Assembly: GCA_017632935.1 (NCBI GenBank)
Contig: JAGBQJ010000013.1
Location: forward strand, 5,970-69,969
From: Bacteroidales bacterium
GTDB taxonomy: Bacteria > Bacteroidota > Bacteroidia > Bacteroidales > F082
Direction of reading: 5' to 3'
Length of the DNA stretch: 64,000 bases
Positions 35,597 to 45,002 of this stretch are shown one piece after another; the stretch's first letter is position 1; each line of letters begins with the position of its first letter. The notes under the pieces are model-generated. The model saw nothing but the letters and a program-made list of their open reading frames with translations. It did no database searches and was not told the DNA's origin. The position numbers were made by a program, and so were the translations under genes.

Positions 35597-37006
35597 TTAG
35601 TCTAACAATGATACAAGTTCTTTCTTCATGTCCTCGTCGATGTCGCGGTAGCGGACAAATGCCCTGCTGCCTTCAACGTGACCCGACAACGAGCCGATTA
35701 GATTCGGGTCTTTGACTTTCTTATATAAGTTTCCGATGAAGGTGCGCCTTCCCATGTGGCTGCTGGCCACTTCGGAGATGGGGCGTTTTTCCTCTTCTCT
35801 TGTGGTGGGATTGAGCACCGTCACCAAACGAGTGATGCCCACGGCTTCCATGATTTTTTTGATGTCCTCATTGTATTGCTGCTGGGTGGTGAAGGGGAAA
35901 AGCTTTTCCCCTTGATAGTCCTTGTATTTCTCCAAGATTTCGGAGGCTTGTTTGTTGAGCGGGACATGAATTGTTCTGGGATTTTCGTCCTTGGTCTTGT
36001 CTGCAATATAATCGACAGCACCATTGACTATATTCTTCTTTGTCATGTCCCACAGGTCGGACACGCGGCAACCGATGCAGCATTGAAATACAAATATATC
36101 TCTTTGGGTTGCCAGAGGCTCGTAAAGTTGTGCGTTATAGATTTGGTTGCGCTCGTCTATAGTAATATAATAAGGTGTGCCGTAAATCTCTTTTGGCACG
36201 GCATAGGCGTTGAAAGGATTGTTCTGGGTGACGGGTACCACCAACTTATATTCTTTGTCGAGACCATTTGCCCACCGGACAAATGCCCTGAATCTGCGCA
36301 TCAGATCGCTGATGGCATTTCCACCTCTTGGCTCCATCTTGCGTTTAATTAAGCCTTCCTCTTTACAGATGTCAAAATAGGTATATTCCTTTTTCTCACC
36401 GTCAATGTACTCGGTTTTCATTACGGCATCTGCATAGGTATGTTCTTCTTTCAGGAAGTTCTCGAAGTCTCGGAGTGTGTCAGCAGTAAGCCCCTCAAAG
36501 GTTATGGACTTGCCTGTGTGCAACTCATAGCGATGGAGAATTCTTTCGAGCACGACATAACCTTTCTTGCGATTGGGGGCGAACTTCTTGCCGTTGATAT
36601 AGGTGGAAAAGGCTTCAAAGAAGAGATGTTGTTCATCTTCTGTTTGTTCTTCTGTGGAAGGAAGGTTGATAAACTCGTTGATGGTAGTCTTCAGCCAATC
36701 TTTGGGAAGTTCGGTTTTTCCTGCTCCTGCAGATTGGAAAGACTCCATGATGTGTTTTGATAGATTCGCAAGTTGGGTTTCGGCTGAGGTCAGCTCGGAA
36801 ACGAGTTGCTTTTGCTCATCATTCATTAGACGGAAGCGAGGGATGACTATACGCCCTTCCTTGGCGTTCCAATATTGTGCGTCAATGAAGATGTTGCTTT
36901 TGCCTCGTTGGTTGATTCTACTGCCTACAACGAAGCGGATGAGGATTTCAGATTTCCCGGTTGTCTTGTCCGCTTTTGCGGAAAGTGATAATGAAATTGT
37001 AGCCAT
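35597..37006 (-). CDS. Tyrosine site-specific integrase (Bacteroidetes type)
   Basis: Likely start at Met 37006 (MATISLSLSAKADKTTGKSEILIRF, arm-binding-type N-terminus). Catalytic residues: CRVSDLW (R), HMGRRTF (H-x-x-R), GHVEGSRAFVRYRDI (H...Y). Confidence 0.85.
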   Translation of the reverse strand: MATISLSLSAKADKTTGKSEILIRFVVGSRINQRGKSNIFIDAQYWNAKEGRIVIPRFRLMNDEQKQLVSELTSAETQLANLSKHIMESFQSAGAGKTELPKDWLKTTINEFINLPSTEEQTEDEQHLFFEAFSTYINGKKFAPNRKKGYVVLERILHRYELHTGKSITFEGLTADTLRDFENFLKEEHTYADAVMKTEYIDGEKKEYTYFDICKEEGLIKRKMEPRGGNAISDLMRRFRAFVRWANGLDKEYKLVVPVTQNNPFNAYAVPKEIYGTPYYITIDERNQIYNAQLYEPLATQRDIFVFQCCIGCRVSDLWDMTKKNIVNGAVDYIADKTKDENPRTIHVPLNKQASEILEKYKDYQGEKLFPFTTQQQYNEDIKKIMEAVGITRLVTVLNPTTREEEKRPISEVASSHMGRRTFIGNLYKKVKDPNLIGSLSGHVEGSRAFVRYRDIDEDMKKELVSLLD

Positions 37007-37210
37007 AGTGTTTGAAATTGAATTGCTCTGCAAAGATACAACAATTCTTTCAGACGTGCAAGTTTTTGGCGTGATTTTGGCGTGATAATTGAATACAAGA
37101 GATTAAAATTGATTTCGATTGATAAATGATAATCGGATAAAAGTTTGAGTATCAATTTAATAATGAAACGATAATAGCACGCCAAAATCAAAAATACTCA
37201 TTCTTCTATT

Positions 37211-37230
37211 CCCTGCGGGAGTACTTCAAA
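37211..37230. repeat. attR: second copy of the 20-bp direct repeat
   Basis: CCCTGCGGGAGTACTTCAAA is identical to 13527-13546 and lies ~180 nt from the integrase start. Confidence 0.75.
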
Positions 37231-37257
37231 AGCCGCTGATTTCAGCGGCTTTTTTTA
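37231..37257. terminator. Bidirectional rho-independent terminator (probably the ancestral tRNA-Lys terminator)
   Basis: AGCCGCTGA-tt-TCAGCGGCT, flanked by AAAA on the 5' side and TTTTTTT on the 3' side. Confidence 0.7.
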
Positions 37258-37291
37258 TTTCAATAAACCATATTGGCTTCCAACGTCTCTG

Positions 37292-37555
37292 TTAATGAAA
37301 TGGGGTGCCGCATTCGGGGCAGAATGACCAGTCATCGTTAGTGATGGCGTTGCCGCATTGTGGACACACGGGTCCCTCGGGTTTGGGTTTGGGCTGAGTG
37401 TCTTCAACCTCTTGGGGTGCCGGGGCTCCTATTGGATTTTGTCTGTTGCTTAATACATAAAAATCAGGTCCATTGGCATAGATACTATGTGAAATCGGAT
37501 CTGAGTTTTCAAACGAATCAGAGTTTTCGATTCTGGGTTCTTCATTATTTTCCAT
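37292..37555 (-). CDS. Zinc-ribbon domain protein
   Basis: C-terminal CPQCGNAITNDDWSFCPECGTPF. The start is probably the Met at 37555 (MENNEEP), 12 nt after the apbE stop. Confidence 0.6.
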   Translation of the reverse strand: MENNEEPRIENSDSFENSDPISHSIYANGPDFYVLSNRQNPIGAPAPQEVEDTQPKPKPEGPVCPQCGNAITNDDWSFCPECGTPFH

Positions 37556-37566
37556 ATTGTTATTGT

Positions 37567-38553
37567 TTATTTTAAGGTGCAAAATCCTTTTGTGGCGAAG
37601 GTCTCCAAATCGCCTTTTTCGTTGACATAGATGTAATAGGCTTCCACGCCGTCCATACTTTCGATGAGTGGCAGCGACTTCTCCATGCCCATCACCATGC
37701 AGATGGAAGCCAAAGCGTCGGCCCAGACGGAGTTTTCGGCCAACACGGTCGCGCTGAGCAGTTGGTGCTCAACGGGATAGCCTGTGTTGGGGTCAATGCA
37801 ATGGGAATAGCGTTTGCCATTGCGCTCCACATATTTGCGGGTACTGCCCGAGGTGACCAAGCCTTTGTCGCGCAAAGCCACACGGGTCTGCACCACCTGT
37901 TCCGAGTCCCAATTCTCGGCAGGTTTCTCAATGCCTACAATCCATGGATCGCCGCTAGGTTTGCAACCCCGAGCCATGATTTCGCCGCCCGTGTCGACCA
38001 AGTAGTTCTTGACGCCCCGACTGTCCAAGAAGGAGGCAATCAAATCGGAGGTGTAGCCCTGCGCTATGGCATTGAAGTCCAAAGTCATGGCGGGGTTGGC
38101 TTTGACGACTTTGCCGTTTTCTATGCTGACGTTGCGGTAGTCAACCAGTTGCTTCAGGCTGTCGATGAGTTGGGGCGTGATGCTGTCGCCGTTTTTGTAG
38201 CTGAAGCCCCAGGCAGCCACGATGGGCGAGATGGTGGGGTCGAAGTAGCCGTCCGAAAGACGAGCAGCCTCTTGGGCGATGCGGAAGTTGTCGACAAAGA
38301 TGGAGTCAAGCACAACATCTTCATTACGGTTGACTTTTGAAATGACAGAGGTGTCGACCCACAGGTTGACCGACACGTCCACGGCATGGAAGATGGAGTC
38401 GATTTCCTTTTGGAAGTTGCGGCCTTGCTCGTCGTAGTATGTGACGGCATAATAGGAGCCTTGCGCCAAGCCTTGTAATACCATCTTTTTGGGCTGTCTT
38501 CCACATGACGCAAGAATCACCAGCCCTATCATCAATAAAAGTATCTTCTTCAT
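37567..38553 (-). CDS. apbE: FAD:protein FMN transferase (ApbE family lipoprotein)
   Basis: Lipobox LVILASC. ApbE-like core: FDPTISPIVAAWGF, LVDTGGEI, VTSGSTRKY. Confidence 0.85.
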   Translation of the reverse strand: MKKILLLMIGLVILASCGRQPKKMVLQGLAQGSYYAVTYYDEQGRNFQKEIDSIFHAVDVSVNLWVDTSVISKVNRNEDVVLDSIFVDNFRIAQEAARLSDGYFDPTISPIVAAWGFSYKNGDSITPQLIDSLKQLVDYRNVSIENGKVVKANPAMTLDFNAIAQGYTSDLIASFLDSRGVKNYLVDTGGEIMARGCKPSGDPWIVGIEKPAENWDSEQVVQTRVALRDKGLVTSGSTRKYVERNGKRYSHCIDPNTGYPVEHQLLSATVLAENSVWADALASICMVMGMEKSLPLIESMDGVEAYYIYVNEKGDLETFATKGFCTLK

Positions 38554-38569
38554 AATTCTAAACTATAAA

Positions 38570-41035
38570 CTAAAAAGCGATTGAAGCACTGTATTTCCAG
38601 GCAAAGTTGTCCCAAACATTGGGTAGGCTATAGGGTCCGTAACGGTAGAACACGCCCAAGCCTAACTTGGCCACGGGATTGGCCAGAAGCCCGTCGATAA
38701 CGATGCCGCTCTCGAAGTAACCTTTTTCCATGGTCTTGAAGTTCTTGTCGGGACAGGCCTCGGCGCGCTGCATGTCGCCCCAGCCGATGTTGGTGACGAT
38801 TGAGAGCTCGGGCTTGAACACTGGTGAGTTGGTCTTCCAAAGCATGCCGCTGAAGTTGTGGCTCAGATAGACGGCAACGAAGCGGTCGCAGAAGAACTCA
38901 TCCAAGCGCATGGCGCTGAAGCTGCCAGGGGAATAGAGCCCGAAGCGCTCGTAGGTGCCCAAGATGTTGAACGTCTCCATGACAGGACAGGTCTCGGTAG
39001 CATAACCGGCCTGCAAAAGGACCTTGGCGACACCGAGATAGGGGGTGTAGAAATTCTTCGATGCCTCAAACTTGAAACGGTCGTATTCATACTCGCCACC
39101 CAATACGTTGGGGAAGGCATGTTGGTAAGACACCCAAACGATGGGGTAGAGCGTGCCCAAGGATCGGATGCCCTGCGGCGTGCTGAGGAATTTCTCGTTA
39201 TAGGCAAACCTGAGTTTGAGCTCAGCCACGGTGAAGCGGCCACCTGCCGTAGAGTCGGAGGGGCTGAGGTAGAATTGTTGGTTGTAGTGTTTGTGGCTTG
39301 TGCTAAGGTTGAGATAGGCCTTGAAATGGTGGGCGAAGCGGGTCGAGTAGGTGAGGTCGAAGCGGTCACGGCGCGTGCGGATGTTTTCGTAGAAGGTGTA
39401 TTTGTAGTTGTCGGTGGAAAGGAGCGAGCCGTTATCCTTCTCCAACATGCCGCCAAACTCGCCCATGGCTTCCGACTTGTGGCTGTATTGGAAGTCGAGT
39501 TCCATCTGTCGCTGCCGGTTGAGTTTCAACTTCAAGCCGCCGCTGTAGTCCCAGCTCTTGATGCGTGTCCAATAGCCGACCGAGCCGTTGATGCTAAACC
39601 AACGGGAGAGTCGGTCGTTGGTGCTTCCGCCTAGACCGAGATACACGCCTCTTATGCTTGAGAGGTTGATGATATGGCCAATATCGAGGTTGATGCAGCC
39701 GATGGGGAGCGCGGATTCGGTCATGAGTATGTTAGTGAGGCCCAATACACGGTCGAAGATGTCGGTGCCTTGGGTGAGGGAGTCGACGAGGATGTAGGTG
39801 GCTTTCACCCGTTCTGTCAACGAGTCGATGCGGTGTGCGTCCCAGAAGGTCTCATCGCGATAGGCAGCGTCAGGGTCCACTTTGATTTCGATGTCTGAAA
39901 AAGCCCGTTTGCTGATGTCAGGGTTGATTTCGATGTCGCTCAGGTAGCTTTTCCCGACGGCAGCCATAGGGAAGGTGGAGTCGTCCATGCTGACCACCAT
40001 GCTTGGGAAGATTAAGTTGAGATTCAGCTGTTTAGGAAACCATTGCCCATTCACTTTTTGGTACAGCTGTTGGATATCAGCCGTGAAGATGCCGCCTTGA
40101 GCGTTGGGGGCAGTTTTTACGCTTTGCAAAGCCCAGCCATCACTGTTGACGGTCATGGTGCCGCGCAGTCCGTTGAAGGCGCTGCCGCGCATGGGGTGGA
40201 ACGAAATCACATAGAGCGAGTCGCCCTGTCCGATGGGGTTGACCGCTTCTAAAGTGAAGAAATAGCGTGTCTTGCTGCCTCGGCTGATGGGGTTGACGTA
40301 GTCGGTGCCGACGATGCTGACGGTCTCATCATAGAAGCTGACGCTTTGCATGCTGTTGACCATATACATGAAAGTGGGCTCCTTCATGCCTGAGATCTTG
40401 GTGCCGAGCACGTGTTGCAGCTTGCGGTCGGGTGCCATGAACAGCACTTCCGAGGCGGTCTCCATCACCATCAGGTCGCTCTTTTTCATGATGCTGTCGA
40501 AATAGTGCAGGTTGGTCTTTTCCATGGCGGTGTCGTTGGCCACGGCTTGGCCGAAGCTGCTGCTGTCGATGGTGATGACCATCTTGTCGTAGATGTTGTA
40601 GCTATACGAATTGAGCGAGTTAGGGTTGTTGGCCTTGCGATGGGTCATCAGGCTGTCGATGATGCGGTGGGCGGGGTTTTCGCCAGCCTCCACGGTGACT
40701 TCGCCCAATTCGAAAGTCATGGGTGTCAGGGCGACATTGCATCTCTTCTGGTCAGCTTGCAGGGTGATTTCCTTGGGCTCATAGCCGATGGATGAGAACT
40801 TCACTTTCGTGATGGGCTCGTCGGCAGTGATGGTGTATTTTCCGTCAATGTCACTGATGACGCCTTGCAGCCCTTCGTTGATAACCACGTTGACGAATGC
40901 TAAGGGCTGACGGTTGCGTTCGTCTGTGATTTTGCCACTTAAGGTATGCGACTGACCGAAAAGTGTTTCAGCCGAAAAGATGAAAAAAGCGAGGAACAGG
41001 AGAGGAAGGACCCTTATGCTGAAGGAAGGCTTCAT
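38570..41035 (-). CDS. CarboxypepD_reg plus DUF5686-type outer-membrane protein
   Basis: Signal peptide, then GKITDERNRQPLAFVNVVINEGLQGVISDIDGKYTI (carboxypeptidase regulatory-like domain). The 821-aa beta-rich C-terminus ends in an aromatic residue. Confidence 0.75.
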   Translation of the reverse strand: MKPSFSIRVLPLLFLAFFIFSAETLFGQSHTLSGKITDERNRQPLAFVNVVINEGLQGVISDIDGKYTITADEPITKVKFSSIGYEPKEITLQADQKRCNVALTPMTFELGEVTVEAGENPAHRIIDSLMTHRKANNPNSLNSYSYNIYDKMVITIDSSSFGQAVANDTAMEKTNLHYFDSIMKKSDLMVMETASEVLFMAPDRKLQHVLGTKISGMKEPTFMYMVNSMQSVSFYDETVSIVGTDYVNPISRGSKTRYFFTLEAVNPIGQGDSLYVISFHPMRGSAFNGLRGTMTVNSDGWALQSVKTAPNAQGGIFTADIQQLYQKVNGQWFPKQLNLNLIFPSMVVSMDDSTFPMAAVGKSYLSDIEINPDISKRAFSDIEIKVDPDAAYRDETFWDAHRIDSLTERVKATYILVDSLTQGTDIFDRVLGLTNILMTESALPIGCINLDIGHIINLSSIRGVYLGLGGSTNDRLSRWFSINGSVGYWTRIKSWDYSGGLKLKLNRQRQMELDFQYSHKSEAMGEFGGMLEKDNGSLLSTDNYKYTFYENIRTRRDRFDLTYSTRFAHHFKAYLNLSTSHKHYNQQFYLSPSDSTAGGRFTVAELKLRFAYNEKFLSTPQGIRSLGTLYPIVWVSYQHAFPNVLGGEYEYDRFKFEASKNFYTPYLGVAKVLLQAGYATETCPVMETFNILGTYERFGLYSPGSFSAMRLDEFFCDRFVAVYLSHNFSGMLWKTNSPVFKPELSIVTNIGWGDMQRAEACPDKNFKTMEKGYFESGIVIDGLLANPVAKLGLGVFYRYGPYSLPNVWDNFAWKYSASIAF

Positions 41036-41328
41036 TCTTGTGTATCAATTAGATAGATAACTTCTTTGTCGCCCTTCATCAGATACTGTTCGCGGCCCAC
41101 TTTCTCCATGGTGGCAGTGTCAGTTTGCAAGGCTTCGAGATATTGCTTGCTTTCAGGCACCAGCTTTTCGTAATATTTGATTTGCTGCTCCTTGTCTTTC
41201 AGCGATTTCGAGAGGCTGATTTGCTCGAAGAGGTTGAAGGGGTCGATGAAGAGAATGAAAAGGAGAAACAGCAATGTGGCGTACACATAGCGGTTGTTGA
41301 ATTTGCGTATGACTTCCTTGAAGGTCAT
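41032..41328 (-). CDS. Septum formation initiator (FtsB/DivIC-like)
   Basis: Single TM (YVYATLLFLLFILFI) plus a coiled coil and the REQYLMKGDKEVIYLI tail. Start at the internal Met at 41328. Confidence 0.7.
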   Translation of the reverse strand: MTFKEVIRKFNNRYVYATLLFLLFILFIDPFNLFEQISLSKSLKDKEQQIKYYEKLVPESKQYLEALQTDTATMEKVGREQYLMKGDKEVIYLIDTQE

Positions 41329-41399
41329 GGCTGTTGGGCTTATCGGGATAACAGACTGCAAAGGTAATATATTTCGATGAACGCAACGACCTTTTTTCT

Positions 41400-41407
41400 T
41401 ATTTTTG
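41400..41407 (+). promoter_or_regulatory. -7 box (TATTTTTG) for ridA
   Basis: Matches TAnnTTTG, 50 nt upstream of the ATG at 41457. Confidence 0.5.
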
Positions 41408-41456
41408 CGCTCATAAATCCAATAAAGTTATCAACAACATTCAAAATTTTTAAATC

Positions 41457-41831
41457 ATGAAAAAAGCTATTGCAACGACAAAGGCTCCCGGAGCCATAGG
41501 TCCTTACAGTCAGGCCGTTGAGGCCAACGGAATGGTGTTCATTTCGGGACAACTTCCCATCAATCCTGCCACGGGCGAGATGCCCGAGGGCGTGAGTGCC
41601 CAGACCGAGCAGAGCATGAAAAACCTTGAGGCCATCCTCAACGAGGCAGGCTGCACCTTCGACAACGTGGTGAAGTCGACCTGCTATCTGGCCGACATGA
41701 GTTATTTTGGCGAGATGAACGCTGTGTATGCCAAGTATTTCACTGGCGACTGCCCCGCCCGCGCCGCTTTTGCCGTGAAGGAACTGCCTAAGAAGGCTTT
41801 GGTTGAAATTGAAATGATTGCCGCAAAATGA
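41457..41831 (+). CDS. ridA: RidA/YjgF-family reactive intermediate deaminase
   Basis: GPYSQAVEANGMVFISGQLPINPATGEM, ARAAFAVKELPKKALVEIEMIA; 124 aa. Confidence 0.9.
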   Translation: MKKAIATTKAPGAIGPYSQAVEANGMVFISGQLPINPATGEMPEGVSAQTEQSMKNLEAILNEAGCTFDNVVKSTCYLADMSYFGEMNAVYAKYFTGDCPARAAFAVKELPKKALVEIEMIAAK

Positions 41832-42754
41832 AAATCGTCTTTTTAGAGCCTTTGGGCTTGAAAGTTGCTCAAATTGAAGTGGCTTGCGAAGGCCTGAAGA
41901 ATGCGGGTCATGAGGTGGTCATCTATCCCGACCGCAACGAAAACCTCGATGAGCTGAAACGCCGTGCCGAGGGTGCGGAGGTCATCATCGAGAGCAACAT
42001 CCCGTTGCGCAAGGACTTTCTGGATGCCTGCCCCAACCTGAAGATGCTCTCCATCGCCTTCACGGGTTTGGATCACATCGACATGGAAGAATGCCAAAGG
42101 CGTGGCATCGTTGTGAAGAATGCGGCAGGTTACAGCACCGAGGCCGTGGCAGAGCTGGCCATCGCCATGATGATTGATGTGTACCGTAAAGTGCTTGAAA
42201 ACGATGATATTACGCGTCAATGCCAACGTAAGGGCATCCTGCCTGGACGCGAGATTGGCGGCAAGACCATCGGCATCATCGGCATGGGCAACATCGGGCA
42301 GCGCGTGGCGAGGTTGGCGAATGCTTTTGGCTGCAAGGTGTTGGCTTGGAACCGCACACCCAAACAAGTCGATGGCGTGACTTTTGTGGACAAAGAGACC
42401 CTATTGAAAGCATCCGACATCGTCACCTTGCATATCGCCTTGAATGCGGATACCCGCAATTTCATCACCGAAAAGAACTTTGCTTTGATGAAGCCGAGCG
42501 CCATATTAATCAATACGGCACGCGGTCCCGTCGTGAACGAGTTGGCTTTGGCCGATGCCTTGAAACAAGGGAAGATTGCGGGTGCGGCAACGGACGTCTA
42601 TGATACCGAGCCGCCTTTGAAGCCCGATAACCCGCTGTTCGACGCTCCCAATCTCGTCATGTTGCCGCATATCGGTTTTGCCACCGAAGAGGCTTTTGTC
42701 CTCCGGTTGGGCATCGTGGTCGAGAATGTGACGCGGTGGATAAACAAAGAATGA
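41828..42754 (+). CDS. D-isomer-specific 2-hydroxyacid dehydrogenase (NAD-binding)
   Basis: GKTIGIIGMGNIGQRVA Rossmann motif, NTARGPVVNELALADAL, GAATDVYDTEP, PHIGFAT. Confidence 0.85.
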   Translation: MKIVFLEPLGLKVAQIEVACEGLKNAGHEVVIYPDRNENLDELKRRAEGAEVIIESNIPLRKDFLDACPNLKMLSIAFTGLDHIDMEECQRRGIVVKNAAGYSTEAVAELAIAMMIDVYRKVLENDDITRQCQRKGILPGREIGGKTIGIIGMGNIGQRVARLANAFGCKVLAWNRTPKQVDGVTFVDKETLLKASDIVTLHIALNADTRNFITEKNFALMKPSAILINTARGPVVNELALADALKQGKIAGAATDVYDTEPPLKPDNPLFDAPNLVMLPHIGFATEEAFVLRLGIVVENVTRWINKE

Positions 42755-42766
42755 CGCAGATTTGCG

Positions 42767-43189
42767 TCATTCTTCTTTTTTATTCAACTCGATTCTCGGT
42801 TTGAAGATCTTGTCTTGTGTGACGAAAGCCTCCTTGAAGCGAGGCTTGACACGGCGCAGGCATTGTTCGGCTTCCACGCGGTTGCGGAAATCGCCGGCGC
42901 GCAGGCGGAAATGCGGCTCCGCGTATGACAGGTAGATGGGGATGTCGGGGAAGGCGCGCTCAAACTGGGCTTTCACCGCTCTGGCATGGTCCAAAGCCTC
43001 GTTGCCGATTTCCATGAAGATGTGGATGCGATAGCCGTTGTACGAGCTGTCCACTCTGTAAAGCGAGCGTTGCTTGGCGATGAGGCTCTCGATGCGGCTG
43101 TCCTGGTCAACATGCAGTGAGCCACGGCTTTGCGCAAAACTAAACGAGACCGACGCCATAAATATAATCAAACAAAGAATGCGTTTCAT
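42767..43189 (-). CDS. SPOR domain-containing protein
   Basis: Signal peptide plus a C-terminal SPOR-like segment YRIHIF...AVKAQFERAFPDIPIYLSYAEPHFRLRAGDFRNRVEAE. Confidence 0.7.
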   Translation of the reverse strand: MKRILCLIIFMASVSFSFAQSRGSLHVDQDSRIESLIAKQRSLYRVDSSYNGYRIHIFMEIGNEALDHARAVKAQFERAFPDIPIYLSYAEPHFRLRAGDFRNRVEAEQCLRRVKPRFKEAFVTQDKIFKPRIELNKKEE

Positions 43190-43254
43190 AACCTAAGAGT
43201 TGGGACTGCAAAGATACATTTTTTTGATGATATGCAAGTTTCCGACTAAAGTTG

Positions 43255-43262
43255 TATCTTTG
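43255..43262 (+). promoter_or_regulatory. -7 box (TATCTTTG) for ruvB
   Basis: Matches TAnnTTTG, 18 nt upstream of the ATG at 43280. Confidence 0.5.
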
Positions 43263-43279
43263 TAGCCTGAAACAAACCT

Positions 43280-44311
43280 ATGAACAGTAACCTCGACGCG
43301 AACGCTTCCCATCTCTCCAAGGCCGAGAGGGACCTTGAAAACGCCTTGCGTCCCGATATGTTTGAAAGCTTTGCGGGACAGCAGCAGGTGGTTGACAACC
43401 TGCGCGTTTTCGTGAAGGCCGCCGCCCAGCGCGGCGAAGCCCTCGACCATACTTTGTTGTATGGCCCTCCAGGCTTAGGCAAGACCACTTTGTCGTATAT
43501 CATCGCCCATGAACTCGGCGTAGGCATGAAGATGACCTCGGGTCCAGTGCTCGACAAGCCGGGCAACCTTGCAGGTTTGCTCACCAGCCTTGAGCCTAAC
43601 GATGTGCTTTTCATCGATGAGATTCACCGCCTGAGCCCTGTCGTGGAGGAGTATCTCTATTCCGCTATGGAAGACTTCCGCATCGACATTATGCTAGAGA
43701 CGGGCCCCAGCGCGCGCAGCATCCAAATCACGCTGAATCCCTTCACTTTGATTGGTGCTACCACCCGCAGCGGCATGCTGACGGCACCCTTGCGTGAGCG
43801 TTTCGGTATCAAGCAGCGCTTGGAGTATTACGACGCCAAGACCTTGTCGAAGATTGTGAAACGTTCAGCTGGCATCTTGCGTGTGCCCATCGACGATACG
43901 GCGGCTTTCGAGATTGCCCGTCGCAGCCGTGGCACGCCGCGTATCGCCAACATGTTGTTGCGTCGTGTCCGTGACTTCGCCCAGATTCAAGGCGACGGCA
44001 CCATCACCATCAATATCGCCCGCGTCGGCCTGAAAGCCCTCAACGTGGACGAGCATGGCCTCGACGACATGGACAACAGGATTCTTACGACCATCATCGA
44101 CAAGTTTAAGGGTGGTCCCGTCGGCGTGAACACCATCGCCACGGCGGTAGGAGAGGATCCAGGCACCATTGAAGAGGTCTGCGAGCCGTTCCTCATCCAG
44201 GAAGGTTTCATCATGCGCACGCCGCGAGGTCGCGAGTGCACCGATTTGGCGTACAAGCATTTGGGGAAGATGCGGATTAAGCCTTCGGGGGAGATGAGTT
44301 TGTTTGATTGA
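43280..44311 (+). CDS. ruvB: Holliday junction branch migration helicase RuvB
   Basis: [20 protein letters not shown] (Walker A), LFIDEIHRL (Walker B), [34 protein letters not shown]. Confidence 0.95.
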   Translation: MNSNLDANASHLSKAERDLENALRPDMFESFAGQQQVVDNLRVFVKAAAQRGEALDHTLLYGPPGLGKTTLSYIIAHELGVGMKMTSGPVLDKPGNLAGLLTSLEPNDVLFIDEIHRLSPVVEEYLYSAMEDFRIDIMLETGPSARSIQITLNPFTLIGATTRSGMLTAPLRERFGIKQRLEYYDAKTLSKIVKRSAGILRVPIDDTAAFEIARRSRGTPRIANMLLRRVRDFAQIQGDGTITINIARVGLKALNVDEHGLDDMDNRILTTIIDKFKGGPVGVNTIATAVGEDPGTIEEVCEPFLIQEGFIMRTPRGRECTDLAYKHLGKMRIKPSGEMSLFD

Positions 44312-44966
44312 GATTTTCTTCTTCAGGTTTGTAACCAATCCGCTTGCGAGGTTGGGCTTTTGTTTCCCTTAATTGGTCAAGGGCATCATTGAGGGCTTCT
44401 ATTTGTATGGCAATTTCCAGGTTGGTCTGTTCCTGCTGCTCATTGATGTCATTTTGGTCGTGAAGTATTTCCTCAATATAGGCGTTCAACTGGTCGACTT
44501 TATGGGAAAGTTGCTCCATTTTTAGGTCGACTGACAGCATTGTTGCTATTGCCTTTCGCATTGCGATAAAAGCCCTTGTCACTATTACACTCATTTGTAC
44601 GGCACAGGGGCTGTGTAATACGGAGGCAAGCATCACAGCACCATGTTCGGTGAATACATAAGGAAGTGCTGACTTGGGACGTTTTTGTGGCGATGTCATC
44701 ACATTTTGTGACGACATATTGCTAATCCTCTCAATTTCAATCCATTCCTCTTTAGACAATTTGAACATGAAATCCTCGGGAAATCGGTCTGCATTACGTT
44801 TGACTGCTTGGTTGAGAGCTCGTGTCTCTACCCCGTAAATACTGGCGAGGTCGCGGTCTAGCATTACCTTTTGCCCCCGAATCTCATAAATCACATTCTT
44901 GACGTTTTCGATGTTTCCTGTTTGCACATCATTTGGGATGATTTTAGTGGGTTTTGGAGTTTCCAT
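44277..44966 (-). CDS. ORF6N (KilA-N-like) domain protein
   Basis: [50 protein letters not shown]. Start at Met 44966, downstream of the promoter box. Its 3' end overlaps ruvB by 35 nt (convergent). Confidence 0.75.
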   Translation of the reverse strand: METPKPTKIIPNDVQTGNIENVKNVIYEIRGQKVMLDRDLASIYGVETRALNQAVKRNADRFPEDFMFKLSKEEWIEIERISNMSSQNVMTSPQKRPKSALPYVFTEHGAVMLASVLHSPCAVQMSVIVTRAFIAMRKAIATMLSVDLKMEQLSHKVDQLNAYIEEILHDQNDINEQQEQTNLEIAIQIEALNDALDQLRETKAQPRKRIGYKPEEENLNQTNSSPPKA

Positions 44967-44994
44967 AGCGATACTACAATTAGTTATTACGCAG

Positions 44995-45002
44995 CAAAGA
45001 TA
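44995..45002 (-). promoter_or_regulatory. -7 box (TATCTTTG) for the ORF6N gene
   Basis: The reverse complement of caaagata, 29 nt upstream of the ATG at 44966. Confidence 0.5.

Larger units (their letters stand above)
13540..37230. mobile_element. Integrative genomic island (~23.7 kb) inserted at the 3' end of tRNA-Lys
   Basis: Exact 20-bp direct repeats lie at both ends. A tyrosine integrase sits next to the distal repeat, with Xis-like HTH genes, a primase and an AAA ATPase nearby. Composition is mosaic. No capsid, terminase or relaxase genes were seen. Confidence 0.75.

Noticed and set aside
13540-37230. Island as a prophage or ICE
   Set aside because: No terminase, portal, capsid or tail genes were recognised, and no relaxase, T4SS or coupling protein genes. 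It is called an integrative island instead.
38858-40795. Plus-strand ORFs (258, 127, 74 aa) within 38570-41035
   Set aside because: They are antisense to the 821-aa DUF5686-type gene, and their Ala/Gly/Val/Glu-rich composition looks spurious.
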